The notes under the pieces are model-generated. The model made no database searches. It saw only the letters and a list, made by a program, of their open reading frames with translations, and was not told where the DNA came from. A stretch of 64,000 nt of DNA from Lepidodermella squamata. Its lineage: Eukaryota > Animalia > Gastrotricha. How positions within the stretch are numbered: the stretch's first letter is position 1; every line of letters begins with the position of its first letter. Below are positions 11,391 through 24,275 of the stretch, one piece after another. The DNA lies in assembly GCA_047495785.1 (NCBI GenBank), contig JBLDXI010000066.1, forward strand, positions 620,001 through 684,000. The letters run 5' to 3'. The position numbers were made by a program, and so were the translations under genes.

Positions 11391-12823
11391 TTTTCTTGCA
11401 CTCGAAGCTTGGATTGAAATGAGGGTTTTTTGCATAAATGACTTCCGGTGGTCCTTTTAACTATTTATGAAGACGAATAGAGCCATGGTGATAGTGATCA
11501 ACTAATAAATTAATTAATCCACAAAGGTGCTTCTTCTTGAATGTTAGCATACCAGACGCCAAAAAGGTGCGAGACGATTTAAATTAATTTGCTCAATTCG
11601 TCAATATCCTATGCAAAATTTATATTGCTTCTCCTAATTAACTCATTTTAATATTCGAACGCATGTGAGTGTTTTTTGGTTGACGCAGCTGGAAGTCACG
11701 GCTAGGAAATATTGGTTTAGCTGCACCCAGAATTGGCGGTTTTATAAGATTTTATAATATTGTCCACATCTAGGTCCACAGCCAAGGTTTCCACTCGAGC
11801 AGCCTTAACCATAATTGTACACAGATCGGAGTTGGGTATCGATTGCTTTTCATTTTCAGATTGTCTTTGATGTTTTATCTTCAATACCAACCTGAAATCA
11901 ATATCCTTTATAACGTTATTTATTCTTCAGATTCCCGATTCCCGAGGCTAACAAATCTTCTCAGCATCAATTTCATTTCAGCTTTCATCGATAGTAGGAC
12001 TCAACATTCATCATAATGAATATTTCCTGATGTGAAGCTCCAAGTCAAACGTAGTTTGAACCATTTTTCCGCCAGGTACCATCATTTATCTTTAATAAGT
12101 GTTGCTAATTTGGCTGCACTGAGTCATAGTGATGGAGGAAGGGGTGGGAAAACGAATGAAATAATCAATGTTGCCTTAATCACTCAGTTAGGGCTACAAG
12201 AAGCGGAAAAACCTGACTTATTATTGATTCGATAAGCTTTGGGGCAGAAGCTTGTAAACCCAACACCTGACATCATAGAAGCAAATACATTTGCTTATGT
12301 CGCCCGTAATTGCAGGTTTCCTATTTTATTTTTGTTAAGATTGCTAAGAGGCTGTAACTTGGAAAAAGTTAAAAGGAAAGAAAACATACAGCATACCGCA
12401 TACACTTGCAGGATTCAGAGCTCAGCTTTGCTAGGGTTTTGCTAATAAACCCGACGGTTGATTATTTATTTCCAGCCAGATATCAGCAGAGTAAACTCAA
12501 ATATGCTTACGCAAGAATGTAAAAAATGTTGTTTTAGCTAAAACCACACATCTACAAGTAGGCTGACATCGTTGAATGATTAGAAGCTGGTCGAAACTTT
12601 ATGAGGTTTAAAGCCAACACTTGCCTACTTTCTGCTCGGCACACATTTGCTGTGACTACGCACTACGCACAAATGAATGAACTTGACCTTGGCTGTTTCA
12701 AAAATATCAGGGTGTGCCTGATCTGTGCCCCTTGGTGCATATCGGCACATGACGCTAATATCAATATTCAACGCAGTAGAAGAAGTAGGATCCTCGAGGT
12801 AGGGGTTCGCTATCTGGGTTTTT

Positions 12824-12991
12824 CCCGTAGCAACATTTTCCACTTTTATAATTAATTATGCAAATGAGTTCGAGAAAAACAGGATACAAGAAAAATTTGC
12901 CAGCAAAAGGTTCGAGGAAAAAATCTGGTTTCTTGTATTTTTCAAACTCATTTGCATAATAAATTATAAAAGTGGAAAATGTTGCTACGGG
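12824..12991. mobile_element. Short MITE / foldback element
   Basis: About 46-bp near-perfect TIRs (CCCGTAGCAACATTTTCCACTTTTATAATT..ATTATGCAAATGAGTT). TSD not clear. Confidence 0.7.
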
Positions 12992-13558
12992 TTACAGTCC
13001 GAATTTATCTGATCAAAAGGTAACCCTGTGGTTTTTTGTGATGGTGGATTCAAATAGCGAGGAATCGATAGCGAGAACACACGAATGGGGTTATCGGGTA
13101 TCTAATATTGGTTGTTCCAGTAAGGTGAGGACCATCGCACTGTTACGAGAAATTAAATAGTAACCCCGCCGTACTTTTGTCCGTATCACAGCCGTAGCAA
13201 TGCCGTCGTTGCGAAATAGCACTCACCAGCCACCCAACTCACTAAAAATGTTTCTTCTTCTCACTTAGAAAACGCAGATATTCATTGTAGTAGTCAGACA
13301 TGGAAAACGCATCTTTATTCATTTCAAAAATTAAACTACTTAAAACTCGATAAACCTCAAACAACTCTCAAATATATCTCTCAAAAGTTTCTTCCCATCA
13401 CAATTTTCTCGCGTTCATCGCCACCAAAAGCGGTATCACTTGTCATGACAGACATATCACAGAAATATGCTTGAAACAGAAACAGCAGAGGCACTCCGAG
13501 ACCTGCTAGACGAAGATGCAGCTCGTTTCGGTTGCACCCGCTTGCTAACAGCGCCAGG

Positions 13559-14580
13559 TTAGATATCAGTCTCAGAAGATGTTCGCAGTATGCTCCTTGC
13601 AGCAGCTCTTCCACTCTCTACGCTGCTAGCATGGCTGTCATCGTCAATAGATTGAGCCGGCAGTTTCCTAGGTCGACCTCGCTTGCCTGAAGGCTTCACA
13701 CTCTGACTTTTACCACTCTCCTCACCGCTGGAAGATGCCTCGCTATCCGACTTCTTAGGTCGGCCACCACGTTTGGGAGCAGCTTTCGCGCATTCATCGC
13801 TGCTAACCAGTGCTTTCTCATCAGAGGTATAAGTGTCGATAACATTCTGAGCTGCTCGAGTCTTTCGAGATTGCAGGCCTAGAGTTATATCCGCTTTCGA
13901 AATTTTTGCGTTTGATATCTTCAGCTGATTCAACTACGCCGAAGGTCTTTCGCTTTCGGAATCCTCAGTATCTTCAAAACGGTAACGCGTCGTCATGAAG
14001 GACGCCTCGCGATCAGCCATCGTCGTTTCATTGAAATGACCCATTTTCGCGTGGGTGTCTGGAGCCATTGCGAGCTCATAAAACTTCCTCCCGACGCCTT
14101 GGCTAGTGAAAGTTGTTTACTATAATTAAATGATTCTGGAATTATTAACGGGCTTACCTATGAACCATGACTTTGTTAAACCATTTCAGATGAAGCTCAT
14201 CCTGACAGGTGTGCGCAAATATCGTTTGGCAATGTTGCCTAAACTCGGTGAAACCAAACTCCCTGCTTTTGTACCTCCGTTGAAAATATTCGCTGCACGA
14301 AACCCCAAGATCTCCACTAGTAAAAGCCGAACCATTCGGCTTCAATACTATTAGACGCTCGTTATCACTCACCGCTTTTTGTCGAAAGATTTTCAAAAAA
14401 TCAGAAAGAAGAGCGTGAATTCTTGCTGATAAGTTCACGAAACCATCGTTGCTTTTTGAACCGCTTCTTTGACATGCACCAAGTATGTAAATTCGTCAAC
14501 TTTGCGGGCATGTTTGAACTAGGCGATCGTCATCAAGGTCGATGCTCCAGGCCGAATCAAACAACGAAAGCAAGACCGAA
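13559..14580 (-). pseudogene. Decayed tyrosine recombinase (Crypton-like) with C-terminal AT-hook motifs
   Basis: Reconstructed IRPGASTLMTIA*FKHA...LVHVK, then FTEFRQHCQT...KVMVH|S-QGVGRKFY across a short GT-AG intron (about 14103-14157), then KRGGRPKK and KRGRPRK. In-frame TAGs at 14519-14521 and 13934-13936, plus a frameshift near 14460. Confidence 0.6.
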
Positions 14581-14942
14581 GCAAAAGGTTCATTGTTGTT
14601 AATTGTTGTCTAGGCCCTGAAGATGGTTTAAATAAAACCAAAACTAGTTGGCAGTCGCGCAAGGCGTCCGGTTAATTCAATCAGAATACAATTACACTAT
14701 GTGGACAGAGATTTGCCATTTTAATGGCTTGAGAAACCCTGGGGTAGGTGCAAATAGCAAGTTATTTACAACCAGTGGGGGTGTAGAAGATAGTGTAGAA
14801 GATACTTCCGAGAAATGAATTCTTCTCTGTGATAAGGCTGAAATACTATCGGTTATAATAGCAACACCCAAACAATTTATAGCAAGTACCACCATTGAGC
14901 TTGTAAGATTACAAACCTGCGAAGCTACAAATTAAATTGCAA

Positions 14943-15532
14943 ATGGCTCGTTGCATATATTTCTTAATACTAGTTGCTGTTTCATTTGCATGCACAGGTA
15001 ATAATATCTTAATCTAGTATATAATTCATAATTGCAGTGCCATCTTGTGGGTGGGAATTAGTTTCAAGTAACTTCAAAAATTGTCAAGTGAAATTAATCG
15101 GGAATTCCAAAACGAATTTTTTACTTATTCCTTTGTTCAACTGAAACAATAAACTTATATCATTCAATTTGTTGTACAAATTTAGCTGCCATAAAGTGCT
15201 ATGCAGGAACCAGCGATAAGTATGACGAGGTGGATGGCTGCGTTTTTTGCGAAATTCATGTAGCTGAAGTTGATGAAAGATACATGAAAGACATGAAAGA
15301 TACAACGAAGATTTGCCTAGCATTCAATGCCAGCCTTGAGCTCGGCTGCACATTCGCGACATCCGGAGTCGCAAGCGCAGCGGTTTGCTACTGCAACACC
15401 GACCTGTGCAACAACAACATCTGCACAACCGGCGGGTGCAACACCGACTTATGCAACAACGACCAGTGTAACATCGACAAGTGCTACACTGACGCGTGCA
15501 ACACCGCTGGTCTCGCGATGGTTAGCGCCTAG
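14943..15532 (+). CDS. Three-finger (Ly6-like) protein with a reiterated CNTDLCN tail; exons 14943-14997 and 15186-15532
   Basis: Signal peptide MARCIYFLILVAVSFACTA, AIKCYAG..CVFC, VCYCNTDLCN followed by further Cx4C repeats. TAG at 15530 interrupts a GPI-like hydrophobic tail that runs to 15580. Confidence 0.7.
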
Positions 15533-16300
15533 GCCGCAATCACGGTTTCGTTGTTCATTGCAGCTTATTTCGTGATGTAAACAAGCGCCGATTTTTCGTG
15601 AATTGATAAATTTTGATAATGCTTTTTTGATTCATGTTCATTTGCAATGTTTGATAAGAATTGCAAAGCAGCCGAGCAGCCTAGAGGCGCGGAATTATTA
15701 GTTTTGAATAAACTGGCGGTGTTTTTTCACAAATTAAATTCAGAAAATCTTCGATTGATCGAGTATATAGTATTCCGTAGCACAGGGAAATTTTAGAACA
15801 AGGTACATTTTGACACACTGGACAGTCAATTAGTGCTGTTGCCCAAGATCGCGGACATGATTTGCCTGACGATAGTCGTGAGTAGATCTTCGAGAATCTA
15901 TGGTTTAACTTGAATTCGTCGTGTGTACAAGACAAACAAAGGTGAAATGGAGGATTTGAAAGCGAAAGTGTGTTACTTATTTAGAAAATGAAGCGTTCGC
16001 GCGAGCGAGCGCCAAATTGTAAACCAATTTTAGCTGCATTACCGGCAAACTCTTCGGGATCCCGAACAATAGCAGCCTGATAACGCCATGGTATTAAGTC
16101 AGTAAACTCGCCGATTTGCTAAATCGTTACTGGAAATAGGAAACAACGAAGTTGGCTGAAGCACAACTTGCTCTTTTAACTTCTTGTCGTCACTTGCAAC
16201 CTTCACACTTCAAACTGACCATGGAGAACGTAGCGAGATCTATGGAACTGACATGGGATTAAGCTTAAATCCGACTGGCCTCACTCATAAACAGCTTGCC

Positions 16301-16709
16301 CATAGAGAAAAAATGACCAGAGAAAGCACTCAAGCTAAAATTTCTAAATCCTCATTTTAATTCAAAGTTGACTTTCTCAAAACGGATATCTCCGTTTTCT
16401 ACCAAATTTTGCATGCCTGTAGAACGCGAGCTGCTCTTTCACGTGGTATAAGATTTGAGGTGGGCAACCCAACCGTTGTTATGATACAAAAACCTCGTTT
16501 CCACTATGGTTTTACTTATTTTGATGCTATCAAGACTGAGCAGCAATTGCCCACCTCAAATCTTATACCACGTGAAAGAGCAGCTCGCGTTCTATAGGCA
16601 TGCAAAATTTGGTAGAAAACGGTGATATCCGTTTTGAGAACGCACTTCTATAATAATGGAGATCAAAATTTTAGCTTGAGTGCTTACTCTGGTCATTTTT
16701 TTCTCTATG
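16301..16709. mobile_element. Foldback MITE with 8-bp TSD (P-element- or hAT-type)
   Basis: Termini CATAGAGAAAAAATGACCAGAG / CTCTGGTCATTTTTTTCTCTATG; long internal inverted arms; AGCTTGCC duplicated at 16293-16300 and 16710-16717. Confidence 0.85.
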
Positions 16710-17134
16710 AGCTTGCCTTAGCTAAGTAGTGGCTTGAATCAACGAAGGGAATTGCCAGTTCATTTCTTGTAACGATCGATTCAGCAGGCAAACGCCTTTG
16801 TCAAGGATCAGAGAATGGACGTCAAGGACCCAGGTGCTAGCAAAATTCTCACCCCAAGCCACGTGGGAATCTATCAGCCTTCAGCGAAAGTGCGCAGTGA
16901 GGCCCAGCGGTAGGACCTCTCACCTTATTGTCAACTCAACTGCGCATCTGTATTTTTGTTCGACATGGACCAGAGGATGTACCTCTCTAGCTGATCTAAG
17001 CCAGGGAGATTTCGATCGACTCGAAATTAAATTGCGCAGTAAGACCTCACACCTCATCAAACTGCGCAGTAGGTTTTGGGGGTTCAGAACATCGGTTATT
17101 TTTGTCATTTTGTTATAGCCGTCGAAATCCAAGA

Positions 17135-19698
17135 ATGAAGCATTTCGTAATAGCTGTCCTGGCTTACGCTCAGCTCTCGTCAGCCGAGTTCATCATGCGC
17201 GGGAAGTGTTCAAGCTACTTCCACGCTCAAGATGTCGCTCTCAACGTCGACATGAAAGATCTCGCCTGGAATCTGTACATCATTCGCGGGGTCAATCAAA
17301 CCGTGAAAAATCATGAGCAGTGTCAGACGAAATGCCTGTCAAACACTAACCCACCATGTCGATCGGCATTTTACATTCCTAACCGCAACGAATGTTGGCT
17401 GCTTAGGGCTGATAAAGACACAGCAATGGGCTTTGATCGCAGTAATGGAGACCTTACTTCTGGAATTTTGATCGCTCCTCAGACTATTGGTGAGGGAGTC
17501 TCCGATCGTACAACTGGTATCGATGGCTGCGACAACTTTTGCCCGGCCAACAGTCAGCCTTCAGCCGATGCAATCTCGCCGATATGCGTGCAAGACTGCC
17601 CTGGTACCCCGGCCTACTGCGCAGGTATACACTTGAAGCTTCAGGTTTTGATAGAAACTATAAAAAAAAATCAAGAATTTTGTGAATATGCATTGAAGTC
17701 AGAAACTTGAGAAATAGGATGGCTCCGTATGAGAGTTGAAACAGCGTCAATTTTTCTTGCTACATTAGGTGATATGGCCTCTTGTTTTGACGTTCCGCGC
17801 CGAGTCACTATCATTCAGAATGGCGACTCGTTCTCACCTAGATACAGCAGTACCATGCCTTTCCAGTTATGGGTGCGTTAAGGAGCTTGAATGACCTCCT
17901 GAGTGATTAAAAATTGTATATTTAGACATCTACGTTCGTGAAGAAGCATGATTTCACTCACATTCGGATTCACATCTCAATCGCTCACTGGGCTCATAAC
18001 AACTATGCTAGCTACCCTTTCCGCAATATCTACATTTATGCGAATATAAATGATCTCAACTGTGCTGGGGATGATAACATGTTTTGGACGATCAATAATG
18101 ATTTCATTGACGGCTATTTCAACGACTATTTCGGGAAGAGTTTCCACGCTGAATTCCCGTGTATGCTGGTCGACCTTCCGAAAGGAACGTATCCTGTTAC
18201 CTTCTACTACGACTATCGCTATTGGGGATCGCAAGGCAACGGCGCGGATATCGGGTTCAATCTAAACGGCTTCAAAGCTCCTAACTTCATTTGGATCGAG
18301 GAATACATCCCTTCGGATTATCTCATGAAAATAGGTAATGTAATAGGCGGAACTGACAACTAAAAATTCTGATCTTTCGCTCAAAACAGATGATTCCGCT
18401 CGATGCCAGAGTGCAACGGTAATCATTGATTCATTCTAAATATTCCTATTTCCCAACCATGTCCTTTTTCCTTTCGAAAAGGTATACAACACGTTTTCGA
18501 AGCAGTGGAAAGCCTTGAGCTACGACGGTTGGCAAACGAGGGGTAAAACCGATTGGGTAAGTTAACTCCTTACATCAGAGCCTCTATTTAGTTTATTCAT
18601 TGATAGGCGGTTTGGAAGTACAAGAAGCGATCGGATACATCCCTTCTTAGAATTTACTGGCAGGCTACAGTGTACAACGTTCTGTACGACCGTTGCACCC
18701 GTTTTTACGTGACCATCAACGATCAGCTTTGTACAAATCCTTATTCGATCGAAACTGCTTACAAGGAGCTTACCTATAACACTGGAACGTCTCGAATGGG
18801 GCCATCAGCTTACACCTTAGAACGTATTTGGAATTCGCACTTGATTTTTTCCATTCCTTTACTATTAATGTTCAAGTCGATGGAGTTTGCCGTGGCCTGC
18901 CGGCGGGTAGATACGATATAGTAGTATGGTGGGACCACAGTTGCGCCTATTACGCCGATGGCGTATCCGGATCTACCGTCGATATCGGAAGAAACAAGCC
19001 TTCTGGAATGATTGTCGAAGAAATTCACGAAAATTTGCCCATCAACGTTTGTAAGTTTGGCGCAGCATTTTGTAATAAATCGTAGTTATCTGATCTGTTT
19101 CAGTGCTCCTCAACGATGGAACAATCCTTCAAATGCCGTACTACAACCGGCAGTACTTTTCAATCACGGAAAGTTGCAGAGGGGCTGGAACATCACTGTG
19201 TTTCAACCCCTTGGCTGTAGGACTGAGTATTCTTGATATTTCCTTGAATTAACTTTGCAATTTTCACAGTCCCGAACATTCAACAAACTGCAGAACAACT
19301 CTGCATTGCATGTTAAATGGTACGGTATGCAGGAGTTGTGCAATGCCGGTAACTATGCTGGCGAGGCATCTCGCTGGTACGTCACCATAAATGGCGCCGA
19401 TTGCAGCAATCCAACGCGAATTGAGTCCTGGTGGTTCTTCAACGCCCCAGGCTGGGGAGTTTGCCGGGCAATGCCTACAGTTGGTAAGCTCATTTAGCAC
19501 ATAAGGCTGCATCTTTTAACCCATAATTATAAAGTGGAAGGAGTCTGTAAGATGGCCATCCCCGCCGGCCCGGTCAACATTGCTCTCGCTCTTGCGAAAG
19601 TGGATCCAAACTGGGCATCCTTCCTCAAGACCTACGGCGTCACTTATGGAGGCTCTTCTTATTTGATGGTCGAAGAGGTCTACGACGGAAACCTGTAA
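17135..19698 (+). CDS. Secreted PAN/apple + 3x CTHRC1-C-like protein, copy D (inverted relative to the others; closest to B)
   Basis: ATG at 17135 (MKHFVIAVLAYAQLSSAEF); same exon series; ends VEEVYDGNL* at 19698. Confidence 0.8.
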
Positions 19699-20295
19699 TA
19701 ATCAATCTAAAAAAATCAATCTTGACTCTTGAATGACCGGTAGGGAATATGTATAACATTTAACCCAGTTTCATCATCTCAATCGACGTTAACAAGCATT
19801 CCGTCAAGCTAAAAATAGCGTAATTATACTTTGAGCAGAAAGTATTGACGACTTGAATGATCTTTGTTTGGAATAACATCATTGTGATACCATTGAATCA
19901 AAAACTTTTTTCTCGGCTGGCATTGGTCATTAACTTTAGACGCCATCGAACCAGCCTTAGACCAGTCTTATGGCAACAGCCGGAGTTTGCCTGGGCGAGG
20001 AAAAATCTGCTGACGAGAGCTGAGCCTAATTCAGAAGAAAAAGAAGATAGCTCTTCATTTATTAAATCCGACAGTTTATTTCGGAGAACGAAACAAAGGC
20101 TTTGCTAGCAAACCATGTAAATCTTGTATATCAAGCTTGAGTCCTGTTCTTTACAATAGCCCTAATCCATATGACCTCACAGGTATAATTGTTAATTATC
20201 GCACAGCGATATTACCGCATAATTTCATCATTATACAATATGATACAATAAATGATAGTCACACTGTAATCCCTTTCGCAGCCTCCAGCGTTCAG

Positions 20296-23200
20296 TTACA
20301 GATTTCCATCGTAGGTTTCTTCAACCATTAAATAAGACGCTCCACCAAGGGTAGCCGAGTAAATCTTGTTGAAAGCTCCCCAGCCACCAGCTGTGTCGAC
20401 CTTCCCGACCGTAAGCCCTATTGTTACAGCCCCAGCTGGAATCGGACCGCGACAAATGCCCTCCACTATTTCAAATTTGTACGAGTGTTCGAATCGAATT
20501 TAAACATGCTTACCGACACTCGGCATAGCTCGACACAATCCGTAAGCCGGTCCGTTAAAGTACCACCAGGACTCGATGCGCTGTGGGCTCGTGCAATCAG
20601 CTCCATTGATCGTGATGTAGAAGCGCGTCCCCTCATTATTATTATTTCCATTCGTGCACATTTCTTGCATTCCGTACCATTTTACGTGCAGGGAGGATGC
20701 GTTTTGAAGTTTGTTATACGTCCTTGTCTGAAAAATCAGGAAACGTAAAGTATGTCTTCGATGCTTGAATAGGCTCACCGTGATAGGGCTTAAACAGGCT
20801 GAACCAGCCAGCGCTCTGCATCCTTCAGTAATCGAATAATATCGCCGGTTGAAGTAGGGCAGAAGAAGGGCACTTCCATCATTAAGTAAAACTTAATGGG
20901 AACAAGATAATCACTGCTTAACGTATCAGCCTTAAGGTATCAGACTTACAGACGTTGATAGGTAGGTTTTCGTGAATTTCTTCGACTATCATCCCGGATG
21001 GCTTCGCTCTCCCGATATCGATGCTACCCCCAGAGCCTCCATCTGTATAGTAGGCGCAATTGTGGTCCCACCACAACCTGATATCGTACTTCCCAGCTGG
21101 CAAGTTGCGACACACCCCATCAACTAGATGAAAATGAAAAGGGACCTCGACTGTGAATTACGAAAAGAGACACCAACGTTCGATTGTGTAGCCGGATGGT
21201 CCAACTCTGCTCTGCCCAGTTCCGTATGTCAATTCCTTGTAGACGGTTTCGATAGAGTAAGGATCAGTGCAAAGTCGGTCGTTGATTGTGAAGTAAAATC
21301 GTATGCAGCGGTCGTAAAGGTTCAGAAGAACTGTCCCTTGCCAGTAAATTCGCAGCAACGAAGTATCAGATCGCTTTTTGTACTTCCAAATTGCCTTTCA
21401 AGGAGGAAATCTTGAAATTATATTGAAATTTCAAATAATCAGCCAACCCAGTCAGTCATTCCACCAGTAAGCCATCCATTAAAATTCAAAGCTTTCCATT
21501 GCTTGGAAACTGTATTGAAGACCTAGGGAATATTTCGAGAAGATCAAACTAAGGACAGTAGGGGAATACTCACAGTCGCGCTCTGACACCTAGCCGTGTC
21601 ATCTGTCGAAAGTCAATTGTAAAACCTGAGGTTTTCACGAACTTTTCAAACCTAATTTAAAGAAATAGTCTGAGGGTATGTACTCCTCGACCCAGATGAA
21701 GTGGGGAGGCGAAACGCCATTCACAGTCATGCCGATATTTGCTCCATTGCCCTGGCTCATGCCGAAGGAGCGATAGTCGTAATAGAAAACGACTTGATAG
21801 GTTCCAGCTGGAAAATCCGTGAGCGTGCATGGGAATTCACCGTGCAATGACTTGCTGAAAGTATCGCTGTTATGTGTGTCGTAGAATTCGCTTTCTAGGA
21901 CCCAGAAGATATTGTCATCCCCAGCGCAGTTGATACCGTTAATTGTAACATAGACGTAGCTGTCACGTAGCGGGCAACATGAGGGGTTTGAATTGAAGTT
22001 ATTCCAAGCCCCGATTGATATATGAATGCGGAAATGGGTGAAGTCATGCTTTTTGGTCACGGACATTGTCTGAGAAAAATATAATTTGTTTAGATCTCAA
22101 ATAGATTCATGACTCACCCAAAGTTGAAAGGGATAGGCGCTGGCAGATCGAGGCGAAAATACGGCCTTGTTTTGTATGACCGTGACTCGCCTCGGGACAT
22201 CAAAGCACGAAGCCATTTCACCTATAACAACGCGTGAATTACAGTGTGGGGCATAAATGTTGAGCCGATTTAATTTCTACGCAGCGCAGTCATTTTGGCT
22301 CCGATTTCTACATATCTTACACCGTTGGAAAGCCCATGAAAAACAATATATTCCCCTAAAGTTTTGCTCGAGTGATCCTGGGCGAATCCAAGTTACAGCA
22401 AATTTGAGACGTCGAGCTGGTCGCTCAAAAACACGTCACTTTTTGTTACAACTATGCCAGTTTTGAGCCTCACTGAACTCTAAAAAGTCCGGACTCCAAC
22501 TGGGCTAGCTATAAAATGGCACAGATACCAATGAATCTGATGAAAAAGGTCATTTTTCGCCTCGTTTTGTGGCAAAAGAGACTTTCGCAAGCATGCTACC
22601 GATAACGTGCTTTAGTTTGTTCACTTGCTTGCGAGCTTAATACGCATTTTCGTAGGCTTCATTGCATCCCAAAGCTCTCGAATGAATTTCTTTGCCTATA
22701 TGGTATACCTTCTCTAGACCAATCATCCTGTCGCGATAAGACTTATATTATTGTCCCAAACCATTGTCAGAGATGGCTGGAGTATGTCGGAATACTGATT
22801 TGTCAATTTATTAAGGTTTTGGGGCGTCATAAGATTGCCTTTGATACGTACAAAAGCTTGAGTTTAAATTTTTGAAATTTACGTGTTTTTGAGCAACCAG
22901 CTCGACGTCTCAAATTCGGCTCAACAAAGTCGGCTCAAAATTTATGCCCCTTACTGTAATTAGTCACAAAACTCAAAAATGTATGATCTCTCACCAGCGC
23001 AATAAGATTCGTTGTTTGGGCAATCCTTCAAGCAAACTGGGGAGATGGCATCGGCTGAGGGCTGGCTGATTGCAGGACAGAAGTCGTCGCAGCCATCAAT
23101 ACCCGTGGTTCGGTCCGGCACTCCCTCCCCTATCGTCTGCGGAGCGATCAAAATTCCTGAAGTTAAATCCCCACTATCGCGATCAAACCCAATCGCTGTG

Positions 23201-23487
23201 TCCTTATCTGCCCTGAGAAGCCAGCATTCCAAGCGGCTAGGTACGTAGAAAGCCGTGCGACAAGGTGGTGACGAGGTCGCAAGGCATCGCGTTTCGCATT
23301 GTTCTTGGTTCGCGACGTTTCGACTCGCGCCTCTTATCACGTAGAGGTTCCAAGCTAAATCGGATGTATCAACGTTCAACGCGATATCTTGGGCGTGGAA
23401 GTAATTAGAGCACTTCCCTCTGAATATGAATTCACCGGAAACATTGCAGGCAATCGTTAGTATCAGAATTGTGAAAACTTTTGCCAT
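20296..23487 (-). CDS. Secreted PAN/apple + 3x CTHRC1-C-like protein, copy E
   Basis: MAKVFTILILTIACNVSGEF; same exon series; ends VEETYDGNL*. Confidence 0.8.
22242..22956. mobile_element. Tc1/mariner-type MITE in intron 1 of copy E
   Basis: TA-flanked TIRs CAGTGTGGGGCATAAATGTTGAGCCGA / TCGGCTCAAAATTTATGCCCCTTACTG. The paralogous intron of copy F (about 29280-29334) is an empty site. Confidence 0.85.
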
Positions 23488-24275
23488 TTCCAGTTGCTCG
23501 TTTTTTGAATTCTCGCATGAACTATTTTGCAGAAGAGAAAAATTGACCTTGGCTTTTGTCCAGGCAAATGGTTAACTGACGTCAACGGCTTGACTTCACT
23601 CCTAACTATATTTACCTCATAAAATTTTTACTTTTCTTGCGTGAAAGGTTAGGCAAGGTGCGACACATTCTGCTAGCGTGTTCAAAATCATGGGAATAAT
23701 GAATAATGAATTGATGAGTATCTATTTATAGAAATGTAAATTATTGATTGGCCCAGGTGGCGTAACCAGCTGGTTGTTTTGGTTGTTCAAACAACTACCA
23801 AAATGAAAGCTCAAAACCCCCTCTTTGCCCTATTTCTCGGCAGTATAACAATGTCCATTAGGGCTCTGACTTCCGATCACTTCGACTGAGGCGAGGTTGT
23901 ATTTTTCTCTAAATTATTCGGCACATTGCTCGTAATGAGCGCGCTTTCCCCGGTCGACCTCAGCTGATTTTTTCGGCTGATTTTTCAAACTGGATTGTTG
24001 GGTCGAGGATGCAACCTTCTCTTGTTGCTTTGCTGGATGTAATGTCGTGGACCCTTTTGAGGCTGTCATTATCTGCTAGACAAGGTACCTCCTCACTGTT
24101 AAATGTTAAAGCAATGCTAAAAACCTGAAAGTTCATTTTCGGAAACTTCCGCTCGATAATTTCTCTGAAGGATAAAAAAATCATTATTTATGGAAAATGC
24201 ATTATTTCGCGCTTCTTAATAAAAGGCAAAGCAAGCGAACAATATGCACTATGAAGTATGTTATATTATATTATT

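Noticed and set aside
11760-12800. Possible decayed gene between copy C and the MITE
   Set aside because: Short interrupted frames with no recognisable domain.
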